A program made the translations under genes and the position numbers. A stretch of 64,000 nucleotides of DNA from the NCBI GenBank assembly GCA_002633005.1, contig NMRA01000110.1:754079-818078 (forward strand), in the 5' to 3' direction. This document shows positions 49,437-62,852 of this stretch, in pieces. Position 1 is the first letter of the stretch, and every line of letters starts with the position of its first letter. A model generated the notes under the pieces. That model saw nothing but the letters and a program-made list of their open reading frames with translations. It made no database searches and had not been told where the DNA came from. Source of the DNA: Phoronis australis. Its lineage: Eukaryota; Animalia; Phoronida.

Positions 49437-52329
49437 AGCATAGGGCCACTACAAGTTTAATATTTCAAACTGAAGCTCTCTTTCTTAAGAAACGAAACGG
49501 TTTGTTCAGAAATTTTCTTCTCAGCTCATGGAAATTATCAGCAACTCATTATCTGTAACCTCTCGTTGAGATGAAGGTGAGAAAGTTATAGATGATGTCA
49601 CCACGGCAGCGACATAACAACAAGCCAGGGAAAGGTACATAGAGCAGAGAGCTCTCCTTTGCCAAATTGACAGTGAGGCCATTTGTAATTCGTTAAGGTG
49701 TTTGCTCTGTTTATAAAATACACTACTAACAGTCCTGATTTTTGAATGTTGAGAAAAAAATCAATAACTATATCGATTGTATTGATTTTCAACTATAAGA
49801 CAGTAATCAGATCTGCGTTGACAAAATGAAGCCATAAATATGTCCAAAAAACTATCACCCCGAAACAAAAGAGCAAACTTATCATCTCGGAGAATCCTAC
49901 ACGAGTTTCAGGTTTATGACTTGCGCAAAACCTCTTGGAAATTTCGTCAAAATCCAGAGTGTAGGATTTGTTTTCTCACATGAACCCTTTTTGATTCACA
50001 TTCAGCAAGACATCGAAAAGATTTTGGTTTTGAAAGGGTGCTCAATCTTTCTTCTTTGCGTCAGTGTAAAATGAACACGATTCTTTTGTCTGAAAATGTT
50101 CTTAAAGTTTAGTTGGAAGAAAGCAGTTTTTTCCAAAATCCTAATTCTACCGGGGTCGAACTAGAGTACATTAACACTGTCAGATATAATTTTTGTTTTT
50201 AAGTTTTCTACACGCATTTATTTAATATTTCGAACTCCAAATAAATTTCGAATTCTAAGAGTTGACCATTTTTGAAGGAGTTCGTAGAAACGATTTTTTA
50301 TATTCAACATAATAAAAGTAAAATGTTGTCTTTTGACATATCTAAGTAAAAATCAATTGTCAACCTATAAAAGTATAAATTCCCAGAAACCATGAGTCGA
50401 GGCAAATCTATTCAAGCCATTCTGGTCCCCATGTGGCCATGTGTTACAAATTTCGTTTTTACAAATGTCGTTTTTAGAAATGTGCATTGATAAGGAAAAA
50501 GTCGTTTCAAAACTAAACTTCTCTTATCAAATTTTTAATAAAATTGCTCGAAACTGGCCTGGGATTTTTCGTAACTTTCACCGATGTTTTTCTTAATCAC
50601 CAAGAAACGTTCAGCCTTGACGAACACTTCTTACAAGTTCAACTAGACGGACGAGTCAAGTTAATAAATTATAGGAAGCAGAGTACCATTAACAGAGCGG
50701 AACGCAAACTCACTGGTCTCTCAGCAAGTAAGATTTTAAAATCTAAACACTACATTAAATACAGCATTGGCGAAAATTTACTAGTTATTGCTTGAAGTCA
50801 TTAAAGGGACGTTTTTAACATCCTCTCTGTAAAATATGTTCCTATTAAGGCCCTTAAGACTATACATTTGAAGCTGTGACAATGTCCGGGTTTCAGTACC
50901 CTTAGCAATAACAATTACATTTTAGCTACGGCTGCCCCTTCGTAGGTCACCACTTGTCCGAGGAGCCCCTTTAGCGACGAAAGCGGATCTCAATTTTCAT
51001 TGCGCTTGATTGCCACGACTATTCAATTACGTCTAAGACTGCTCGGTGACGACGAGACGAGGTCTTTTTTTCGTGAAAGGCTCTACTAAGCTGGAACATT
51101 TTACATTAACGGATTGCCCATCCCCCGGCCCCCACAAAATTCTAAATAGCCTCTGTGGGAACATGATGGGGTCTCTAATCAACTTAACATGGCTAATTCG
51201 GCACTAATTTAGTCAAGACTAAGATTTTACCCGATTCGTCCATTGAAACAGAACATGGCGAAATCACATTTTCGGTCTACTCGGAAGTATCGTTTACGAC
51301 GTTGAACTGCCGGTCAGGCAAATCACAATCAAGGTCCATATTCGGTGGCCACTTTTGGTGAAAAATAAAGTTTGTCATAAAACACTAAAAGATGGGTTTT
51401 TAATGTACCATCATTCCTGGTTTATAATCTAAAATATTTGTGCACAAGAACCACCAAATAAAATTTTATGGCCCAATGCCTCACAGTTGTATAAAAGGGT
51501 ACGCACACTACAACTTGTGGTCACAGCCCACTTCTATCATGCAAAAATTCATAAGGTAGATTTAATTTAATGACTTCTTAATCAAATTGAAGAAGAATCA
51601 CATACTAAAGTAAAAAAAATTATTACTGTGCTAATTAAGTTGTTCCAGATGATGATACATTGCATATCTTAACATATTATAATAAGAACTTTTTCTCTTG
51701 CAATACGATTCTTACAAAAAGAAAATGACAAGTAACTCGTTTTTTCAAAAACTTTATTGGTGGTATTTGCCTAGTTTTCAATATATTCGCAAGTTGGTCA
51801 AAATAGTTAAAGCAATGCAAGGCCCAGTGTTCAACTGGTAAACAGTAAAAAATGGTTCTGGTTGTTGGGTACGTACACGACGTAATTACGCACAGTCAAT
51901 CAACATCAAATTTTGACTAAGTTACAAATATATAGTGCTGGCGAACTATACATTTATTCACATAAAATTTAAAAACTCCTATTTTAGTAAAACATGCCAA
52001 AATCGGCAAACCTATTACTTTCTGTTTGCACGCCACCCTGGCGTTTACTTGTGTTACTAAAACGTAAAAAAAATTATTTTCCGAATACATACCCATAGCC
52101 TTATCTACGGAAAATCCGGGTAAAAGCGAAGAATATGTCCCTTTGATATGGCTTTCTGACGTGTTCATACACTAATTTTGAGAGTAGGTGTCGTAAAAAG
52201 AGAGTGTACTTGAAATCGCTAGAACCTAATGCACTTGGAATGTGCGTGGCCTTTAGATTTTGACGAAATTTCGCCCATGTAAACAATGTGAGATTCATTT
52301 AGGATTCTCTATATGAACAACTAGAGCAT

Positions 52330-53700
52330 ATGTACAATATTTACAACAATGATTATGCAACACAGATGCATAATAGAGATTTAAGACCTGACATCTGGTA
52401 CAAAGTTGACAGTCACATTCAGTGAGGAGACGTAAGGCATGATCAGCTGAGACATAATACCTAAGCGTCCGTGCTTAATCTAATGTAGTTAGGTAAGCTA
52501 TTCCAAAACAATGCTCCCTGGCAGGAAATGAAATTATAACCATAGGAAAAGGTGTGGACAGTTAACATGTTTTCCGAGTGAAAACTGTAGTGTTACTGTA
52601 TTGACACGAATTTGTGAGACAGTGTCCATTTTGTGAAACATGTTTAAACCCTTTAATTGACAGAGATTTGAGCCCTGCAACTGACAAGGGGAAGTGAGTC
52701 TGTCCTTAAAAATTCAAAGTGAGATGATCTAGAGTCATCAAATATACATCAAAGAGCACGATGTTGGATCTTTTCTATATTTTTGCTCATCTGTAAATTA
52801 CCGGTACCAATCAATGACAAGTAATAAAAACATGAGCTTACAAAAGCATGGCATAAGTTTAATTTGCTGTCATTGTCTAGTAGATGTCGAAGTCTGAAAA
52901 GCTGATTTACTTGGCTGGAGACCATCTGACAGACAATATTCACATGGTTATATAATTTAAGATGACGGTAAAGATGAAGCCCAAGTAGTTTGACCGAATT
53001 CACATTTAATTCTCAATCAACAACCAGTAAAAAGTTTTCAGCATCATTTAACATGCCCTTTTTGGAAAAGGTAATGGACTTTTAAGTGAGTAAACACTGT
53101 TCACTGTTTGCTGCCATATTGTTTGCTGTAAATCAACGAGTGGCCACACGAAATGAGCACACAGATTTTGTCTTGTATTATTTAAAGAGATACTGATATC
53201 AAGAATAGTGTTAGCCTCAACATAGTTATACATAGAAGAGGTTATTTATAAAATATTAAATAACATAGACCCCAGGACAGACCCTTGGGGAACCCCTTTA
53301 GAGAACTCGGACCATAATGTGATTGAGCATCCTATATCGACCCTCGTGTCTATTTGCTAAATAAGATTTTAAAAATGAGCATACATTATCGGAACAACCA
53401 TAACCTCTGAGAATAGCAATCAATAAAGTATATGAGGTACAGTCAAACGATTTGGACTGATCGATTAACATACAGCCTGCTATGTGACTTCTGTCCAAGG
53501 CCACAGTTGACTAAACAGAATGATGTCAAAGTGAAGTTTCAACTATGCTTTTTAAATATCTGGTTAACAGTGAGCAATAGAATTGAACTGGCCTGTAACA
53601 TATTTTGTGCAATTTATCACCTTTTTGAAAACTGGGCTAACTTGGCTTTTCTTAATTCGGGATTAAGGGGTAGACAGAAGAACTCAACTACTTGTTGAAG
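52330..53700 (-). mobile_element. Duplicate of the decayed minus-strand LINE fragment
   Basis: [20 protein letters not shown] (~53271-53296), VKLLGLHL..L, IEKIQHRAL. Confidence 0.8.
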
Positions 53701-54492
53701 TAGGAGTGAAGGACTTGCTTAAACCCTAGAGTAGAAATGGACAATAGTCTGTCGTAGGATTCAGTGTGCTGTTAACACACACGGGAAAACGGTTCTGGTA
53801 GAAAATGTGCTCCCTGCGTCGTAGATAATACATCACAACACGTTTCTTGCTGATAGCAGTTCGTAAATCAGACGCTGGGATTGCCCAACCGGTCATGCAA
53901 AGCAGTATGGGTCATATTTTGGAGTTCACTAAGGGAATAGCGTATGTGCGTTATTGAATAAGCTAAATTTAATGGATGTTCTCGGGCCTAAAATATTATT
54001 CAGTATAGAGGGGTGCCATGTAGTGCACACAAAAATAAAAAATTAATTACAGGTTAGTTCGATAGTCCGAACGGAGGAGAGTCCGAATGAAATTCTCCCG
54101 GCCGACAGCGTTTAATAATCTGACGGGCACTGAACTTTGGCGACGGCACGTCGACTCACATATAAATTACCATTTTAACAACTGAATTTCTTGATTTTTG
54201 AAGTTTGCTATGTATCCAACATATGAGAATACATAAATGCGAACGTGGAAAAGTATAGTTTTGCTGAAGGCGGGAGTGACTGAAGTAGCCTACCAAAATA
54301 GAAATCGCTAACTTCAGAATGACAGTTTCTGCGAAAGAAAGTCTTCTAAGAGTTTTGAAATTACCCAATTTTTACCAAATTCCATCACTGATAAGTACAC
54401 AATGTTTTTTGCGGTATTGTGCGTACATTAGAAGATACGTCTGCATTCGGAATTATGTGTTAGCGCCTATACGCGAACGAAATGAGTAAACC

Positions 54493-55082
54493 CTCGCTGG
54501 TTCCCTGCGTGCCGCTAGGTGGGGCGGTAGCCCCGCCAGCACGCAGGTATCACTTAAATTTCCTCTGTAAATTTTTTTACACCGGCTTTTCTGATTGGCT
54601 AGTCGAATTCTCAACAGGCAGCGCTTTGCGCAAACAAACTGGCATGAGTGATGGACTGAAGTGTAAATGTGGTCTGTTGTACAGACAAATCGGTGCTTAA
54701 AATTATGTTCAGGAAATGTGAAGCCTAGAAATTGTGATTGAGCCTTTTTGGAATGCATCTTTCTCACTGTCGATGACTTTTGTTTACGATATTGTCCTTA
54801 TACAGTATGGATAACACACCGGTTAAATAGGCCACATAATATGTGTTTATTGTGCATGTATGTGCTTCAAGCACGCGGCTATTAAACATCACTGCAGAAA
54901 CGAAATAGTTGCTGCGACGCCACTTGCATGACAAGGCTAAAAATCGTTCACATCCGCCATTTTTTTTACGGTGTTGTAAAGCTAGCCAATGACTGCCAAG
55001 ATTACATCGACTAATGCTAAAGCGCGTGCCACTGCGTGATACCTGCGTTCTGGCTGGGCTAAGCACGCAGGGAACCAGCGAG
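54493..55082. mobile_element. 590-bp MITE with perfect 20-bp TIRs and a 10-bp TSD (Mutator-like by TSD length)
   Basis: CTCGCTGGTTCCCTGCGTGC ... GCACGCAGGGAACCAGCGAG, flanked on both sides by TGAGTAAACC. Confidence 0.9.
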
Positions 55083-57659
55083 TGAGTAAACCATGTTTCA
55101 AATTGGTGATCTGGCGCATCCCGTCATTTAAAAAAATATACACTGATATTCGGCTCGCGTAATGTGTTGGAAGATTCTTGCCAATGTGGATAAAGGCTCG
55201 CTCGGTACGCCTGTCCTTTGGTGCGTGTGTACATGCACGTACGTGTTTGCACATTAGTTTACATCCAGATCGAACACTTAAGTTTTCTTTTTAGATGAAA
55301 TTTGGAGGCTTTACTTAACACCTATTGAAAATTTCAAAAATTGCACCCCGAAAAAGTGCCCATACAGAAGAAGAAATTTGCGTGAGAATGATTTTAGACG
55401 GCTTTTAGTGACTTTTAAGAAAAATTTGCTCGTGACGTCAGACTTTAAACTCAATCGTGCACTTTTACCCAACAAGTTGAACTAAAAAGGTGGAAACGCA
55501 CAATTCATTTATTTAGTCGACCGACTATTTTGTTAGTAAAAGGTCCACATCGCCAGGAATTCTAGCCCTCCATATTGAAGGCTGGGTGCGCGAATGCTCT
55601 GAATGGTTTTAATTTAGAATGTAGGAACTTAACTGAGAAACTGTAGAACTAATATAAACATGCCGTTTCAGCCCGAGAGAGGGCATCAGAATTCACTACG
55701 GAATTAATATACCACGTAAAGTGACGGCTGGATATAAGAGACAAGAGGCGCTGCGGAGAAGATAAGGCAGTGAACTTATGTTGTCTGCCACACCTAGAAA
55801 CCAGGCATTCGCTGAAATCTACTGGCCAGAGTGTCTAACAACTATCCGTACCGGTACTTAACATGACATTATGACTGAGATGAAAGCAGACAATGAGGGA
55901 GCTAGACTATGTAAAAATTTGATGTTGTCAAACTGATAACGACACGGCTCCCCACTGGCCGACCAGTCAATCGAGATACTTATTCACCGGTGAAATCGGC
56001 CAGAAGTGTAAGCATTGTACGTGCTTCAAGCACGCATAACTTCAGAAACGCCCGAGCGCTGTCACGCCACTGACAAGGCTAAAAACCGTTCATAGTGCGC
56101 CATTTTCTTTCTTTGTTGTGAAGCTAACCAATGATCGACTGCCTGGGTTATATCAACCAATGACAGTTTTCGTTATATCAACCAGTGATAAAACGGCGTG
56201 TGCTACTGAGTGTTCGGCACGTAGGGAACCACTAGCTAATCGAGCTGACAGTTCATGATGACTGCACAACCTGCCAAGGTGTTTTTTCTATTCATATGCT
56301 TTAAAGAGTTCCCACCATATATGTTCTTAGTTTTTGAGGTTTCAGTTACCTAATATGAAATAAATCCATAAAATAAATAAATAAATAAAAATTCCACAAT
56401 CCATTCGGGGGTTCGGTCTGACGAGCAAAATCCTGGCTAATAAATAGTCATATGCCCTGCACACCTCTTCCTTAACTCAAAATCCTGGATCCGACCAGGT
56501 TTTTCTCAAGTTAATTTTGAAGAAGAATTACTTATTTCCAAGTTTCCCGCCAAATGATGTAATAGGTGGAGACATCAGGTGTAATGGGGAACACAGCATA
56601 TCAGAGGACGAGGACCTGACGATTTTGAGCGAGAACTGGGAAATTAGTATGCACTGAAAGAGAAGAGAGTGGATACGGGCATAACTCTGAAGCACTTGAA
56701 TAATATCAGACAATATTAGCTACACCTTATGCGCATAGCTTCCTAATAACAATGAAACAGCAAGTGAAATCAGAACATCTTATATCTTAGTAATGCATAT
56801 TTTTAAGGAATTTTACGTCTCACTATGAAACTACATTGAACTTGACAACTGCAGCTATACCATTCAAATACATTGTACACATGTGTTACCTCAAATGATT
56901 AATTTTCATCTACTGATCTAATCATCCCAACAAGTGTGAGTCAGTTCATGAGTTCAATTCGCTTTTTAAGTTGTTTCAACTTTAATCACCATTGACGTTC
57001 AAGCTAAAATTGGCCAATCGAGTATAGTATTGGCTTAGAGCCCTATTTGACTCGGGCGGCGTCATGTGCAATAATACCAATGTAATTGGCAATATCCTTT
57101 CATCCCAAAGTACAGTATTCATGTTCTACATAATAATGCACAAATTGTCTACCACGTTGGCTCATACCTATTTGTATTAATCTCACATCTGTAGTACGCC
57201 TATCCACTTCACTTTTTAATGTTACTCAATCATCAGTTTTCTATTTACAAAATTTAGCCTAAGTTAATGTAATTAAATTAGTAGTGGCATTTTCACGCCT
57301 ACCCTAGTGTTTACCCCCCTAGTGTTCATTGCTTTTGCCCAAGCTTACTTAATTACTTTTAGTCTATTCACACGCCTGTATATATTTATTTTTTCTGTTG
57401 TTAGATAAGCATGCTAAGTATGAACTGTATGAATTTATTAGGCTTTAACTACACACAGAATAATTACAATTGTCCGGGTGTCTGGAAAACAAAAATACCC
57501 CATTGCTTTTCGCCTATCACGCTCGACCTCACTTTTCTACTAGGAAAACGACCCCGAACTGCGCACTTACGTAATGTTTACTACACAATGAAGAACTCAC
57601 GTTGTGATATCAGAGTTGTCATTGAGCAAAGCCTTTTGGCTGCTGCGCACTGACATATT

Positions 57660-60365
57660 CACATTTAACTGGACTGAAATCAAATACTGAGCAAAAGTGA
57701 CATAAATGTCACAATCTCAACATTCACTCAGTCACTCTACGACATACTAAATAATAATATCCCATCAACCATGAAAACAATAAAAAACAAGAACAAACCG
57801 TGGTTTAACAAAAACATTAAGTATGAAATAAATAAAAGAAACAAACTGTACAAATCGTTCAGAAAATCAAATAACCCCTGCACGTTTAAGTGCTACAAAG
57901 AACAGTGCAAGAGTGTAGAAAAACTAATCAAAAAGACGAAACAAGACTATAAGATGAAAATTATCTCCAACTTCAACAATGTCGCCAAAAATCCAAAGGA
58001 ATATTGAGATATAATAAACAAAATTCGAGGACAGGTAAAGCAATCTTCATAGCCCACCATCCACTCAAAGGAATCCAACACTGAGGCGTCATCCAAAGCG
58101 GAAAAAGTAAGTTATTTTTAGAATACTTCACCGCCAAGAGTCACCCTGCGCCAACAACAAGCTTTCCCGAATTCCCAAACAGAACATTAGAACACCTCTC
58201 TGACATACAAGCCCAACCATCTGAAGTCCGAAAACTACTAGAAAATATTGACGAAAACAAAAAAGACGGTACCAATCTCATAACCAATAAAATGATTGAG
58301 ATAATAGCAAGAGAGCTTACAGTTCCTTTGACAACATTATATAAAAAATACTACAATCTGGAAAATTTCCTTTGAACTGGAAACTTGGTGTTACGATACC
58401 AATACACAAAAAGAACTCCAAAACAGACATTGCCAACTATCGCCCCATAACTCTACTTAACACCCTATCCAAAATTTTAGAAGAAATAATTTCTCAACAC
58501 ATGTTTGACCACCTCTCTTCACAAAACCTCATATATCGTAGCCAATTCGGATTTATGAATGGTAACAGCACTGTGTCTCAACTTACAGAAATTGTACACG
58601 AAATCGGCACCTCCAGTTTGAGCAAGGATACAACGTGAGATCCGTATTCTTAGACATTGCGTCAGCTTTTGATGTCGTTCCCCATGACCTGCTTCTACAT
58701 AAATTACAAACTTACGGTTTCTCAGGCACTCCCCTATTACTTTTAAAATCATATCTGGAAAATCGAACTTACAAAGTCCGAATAGAGGGTGTCTTAGTCA
58801 CGCTCATCAACGCCAGGTTTCGTAAATGCTGGAGTACCACAGGGTAGCGTACTAGGCCCCTTACTCTTTTTATTGTACATCAATGATCTTCCAGACACAA
58901 CAAACCCTAAAACATTCTTATATGCTGATGACACTACAATTTTCCATCCATTCTCAAAAGAGAATCCCCATGACTCATTACAATTGGAAACTGACCTAAA
59001 CAAACTCTATGACTGGTCTTGAAAATGGATGATGAAATTTAAACCTGAAAAAAGTGTTGATCTTACATTTTCTAAGTCTGATAATACTCAATTTTAAACA
59101 AATCCAATGCTGGAATACTCATTGGGGAAGATATTCCCAATAAGTTCAAACACAAACACCTTGGATTGCTACTAGACCACAAGCTTACATTTACTCCTCA
59201 CTGTCGTGAACTCGTTCACAAAGTACAAAAATTAATCAATCCAATTAGAATTGTCTCTCGTCGTCTCAACTCCATGCATCTTAAAACTCTGTTCAAGTCT
59301 TTTGTTCTTCCACATCTAGATTACTGTGACATAATCTACCAATCGGCAAACGCTGGCATACTTCTTCAATTAGAAAGACTACAATACCAAGCAGCTTTAG
59401 CCATAACAGGAGCATACAAAGGGTCCAACACAATCAAAGTTCTAAACAGTCTCAACTGGAGCAAACTAGCAACCCGTCGTCAACTCCACTTGTCCATGTA
59501 TACATTCAAAATCTTAACCAACATAAACAATTACTCATACAAAATCCTCTTTGATTCCTGCAAAAGACCTAACAAGAGACCAGGACTGCGGCAAAGTAAT
59601 ATGCACACTATTCCATCTTTCCTCAACCAGGCCTTCAGGAAATCTACCATATTAACTTGTATTGACAACTTGAATTCCTTACCATCCAAAATAAAAGAAA
59701 GCACTTCAATCGTCACTCTAGAAAATACTACTACTCAAGAGTTGCCAGTCCCATTGACATCGTTCCAACTTCCTCGCAACCATGAAATAATCCTATACAG
59801 ATCAAGATGCGGTCTATTTCTAAACAACGAGAAATTTAGACATAATTTTGATAATATTTCGCCTCTGTGTTGCTGTGGAGATGCGCAGACAAATGCTCAT
59901 GTTTTCTGTGCTTGTGAGGTATGCAAGGAGCAGAGATTACAGTTTTTCCAGACACTCGAACAATACCCAAATATATATAAAAAATATTCTGAAATTCCTC
60001 AAGTGTACAACAAAATTAATTTTTTCTATATGGAAGCCAAGAACTCAACCCAAATGAAAATAAGGTTTTATTCGAAATATCAAAATTTCTTTATAATATT
60101 AAATCTATTTGTGTGAGTGGATAGAATTGTACAAATGTGTATGAAAATGATTTATTTACTTTCGTAATCATATGTCATTGTAATCTTAACAGTTTTTTAA
60201 TTTATGTATTTGTGTAAAATAATTGTATACAGATTTCTTTTTTATGTATTTGTGTAAACTAATTAAATATAGATTTCTTTGTACTTTTTTAACCCAGATA
60301 TAATGCCTCTTGGCGCTTTCTGGGTTATGTATATTTATTGTATCAAAGATTTCGTAATAAACTTC
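57660..60365 (+). mobile_element. Duplicate of the plus-strand LINE
   Basis: [27 protein letters not shown] and ORF 59166..60116. It shares its 5' truncation point and some lesions with 33830-36520. Confidence 0.92.
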
Positions 60366-62138
60366 AGACAATGAATTCAATTTCCCACTTAGGGAACTTT
60401 CGGCGACTTTCAGGCCGCCGGCTCATACGGTATGAGCTCGACCCACTAGCACAAGAAATGCTGCAGACACTTGGGTATGGTTGCATTAGTTGAAATGCGT
60501 GATCTACTTGATCTACCGAATTTTACCTACCCGTTACTTAGTGAATTCCCGCAAGTGGTGTAACGAATAGTGGGAATATTTGAATAAGTGGCAATGCGTG
60601 TTTGGAGTCTCTAAAATTGTCAGCCAGTTGATGATGTCTTGTACGTTATCTTCCAGCCCGCAGGTGGCGCAGTGATTAGTGGAAATAGTTGAATTAGTTG
60701 AAGTGAGTGTTTTGTGTCTCTGAAGTTGAGAAGCTGTTGCTGACGTCTTCGTCCGTATGTGGAGCAGACGTAGCTTGTCATATTTGAATTTGCTTGGAAC
60801 TTAACGCTGACTTCTTACCTGCGTATGAAGTCACCATTTCATCTTTCATTGCGCTACAGGCTTTAGCACCTCCTAGTGCCAGTATTTATAAGAGTAAGAA
60901 AAAAGTAACATGGCCGGGGGGCGTTGCAATTAGTTGAACTGCAGCTTCCTGTTAATCTATTAGTAGGTCCCTACCAAAGATCTGCACTTGAAGACTACCA
61001 AAGCGAGATATTTTCGAATTATGTTAAAGAGCAATTTTTCAAACGCGTCTTATTTGTAGGTCCCTATCTCCTTCGGCGTCAAAGCGTAAGGTCAAAGTCA
61101 CAGACTTCCCCAAATTTCCAAATTTGATCCTCCGCTGCTACCTTATTAGGCTCGCCGGAAGAGTCGACTCACGCATTTGGAGTGAGTAAGTAAAGGGCTA
61201 TCCAACAAAGAGAGAAGTTTTGAAATCTGGATAAAAAATTTAGGCACGAAAAAGTCTAAAAATGACGTTTTTCAAATTTGATCTTGCCGCGTAACCTTTT
61301 TAATAATCCGATCGAACTAAAACTTGGTGGGCTGTAATTTCTCACACTCTACGTCCACCTGAAAAAGAATTTTTGAAATTGGAGACAAAAAACTTTTTGG
61401 CCCCCAAAAACCCTGTAGGCTTTTTCGGTAGAAAAAAATTGTCTTTGATTTTAAAGTTTCCGTTTTTATTTGAAAAGCCAATAATCTTTTAAATGGTCAG
61501 TCCCCAAGTTTCAGCTTGATTGACCTACTAATTAAAGTCACTGTGGCACACCAAAGTGACTCACCCAAGGGTCCTTTTTTGGAACCAAAATTATTTGTTT
61601 TCGATTTCAAAAATTCTTTAAGCATCTGATAGCCCCCTGTCTCTCCCCTCTAGAAATGTAAATGTCGTACTTTTCCTGGCCTTAGTAAGGCCGGCCAGAA
61701 GGGCTCCAAAGTGACCTACCTCATCACAATACCAGAAAAGTTGTGTCAAAATGTTAGCTATAGTTTGGGAAGTCATATTCTCATGACCAATGACCTGAAG
61801 ACTACCAAGGCGAGACATATTCGAATTATGCTAAAATGCAATTTTTCAAACGGGTCTTATTTGTAGGCCCCTATCTCTTTCGGAGTCAAAGGTAAAAATT
61901 GTCTTTGATTTTAAAGTTTCTGTTTCATATGAAAAGCCAATCTTTTAAATGGTCCGGCAGTACCCAAGTTTCAGCTTGATCGGCCACTAATTGAGGTAAC
62001 AGTGGCCCAACAAGTGACTCACCGAAGGGTCCTTAGTGGAACCAAAATTATTTTGTTTTTGATTTCAAAAATTCTTTATGCGCCTAATAGTCCCCTGTCT
62101 CTCCTCTCTAGAAATGTAAGTATCGTACTTTTCCCAGC

Positions 62139-62852
62139 CTTCGATGTGCTGGCATTTTTAGCAATTTAAGCCAATACTTGACCAGTTTAACAAACAGCTT
62201 TACATAAATTGGATACCTTCCCAGGACAGCATGATTTGGACAGTTGCTTCCAACACCCAGCAGTTGCTTACAGAATTTCAATTGGACGCGCTCGATACTA
62301 GAGTATTCTTTAAATTCCCAAATCTCACTTCCATAGCTAATGATTGGGTATACCATTTTATCAAAAATCTCGAGTGCAATTTTTGGTGAAAATCGTCCAC
62401 ATTTTCACTGAAAACGTTTAATTGAAAAAATTGCTTTCTGTGCCTGGTGAGACAAAGTTTCCGTAGCTTGCGTCCAAACTAACTTAAGTGTAAGGCAAAT
62501 ACCCAGGTACTTATATGATGAGACGACATCAATTTTGTCATTTCCAAAATGCCATTTTTCGTATTTTCTCAATGGTCCGCCCTTTCTAAATACCATTATT
62601 TTTTTGTAAGATTGACTTTCATACCCCAATCCTGACAGTATTCATGCAGAGCGTTAATTTGTTGCTGTTGTTTAAATGCTGTCTCTGCACAACCAACCAT
62701 ATCATCAGCGTATAGCAACATACAAATTTGAGGCACATTCTCATTCACGTAAATTCCGCTAATTAAAGATTCTCTTAAGTAATCAACAAACTCGTTCAAA
62801 TACATACTAAATAAAAAAGGACTAAGCATACACCCTTGGCGAGTACCAATAT
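62139..62852 (-). mobile_element. Internal RT fragment of a third non-LTR family, present only in the second duplicate
   Basis: GTRQGCMLSPFLFSMYLNE, LLYADDMV, YKYLGI, PIISYGSEIW. Absent from the paralogous site at ~38240. Confidence 0.85.

Larger units (their letters stand above)
48642..51555. repeat. Segmental duplication: 5' flank of copy D equals 5' flank of copy B (10729-13120)
   Basis: Continuous high similarity apart from a ~580-bp indel at ~50696-51278. Confidence 0.9.
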
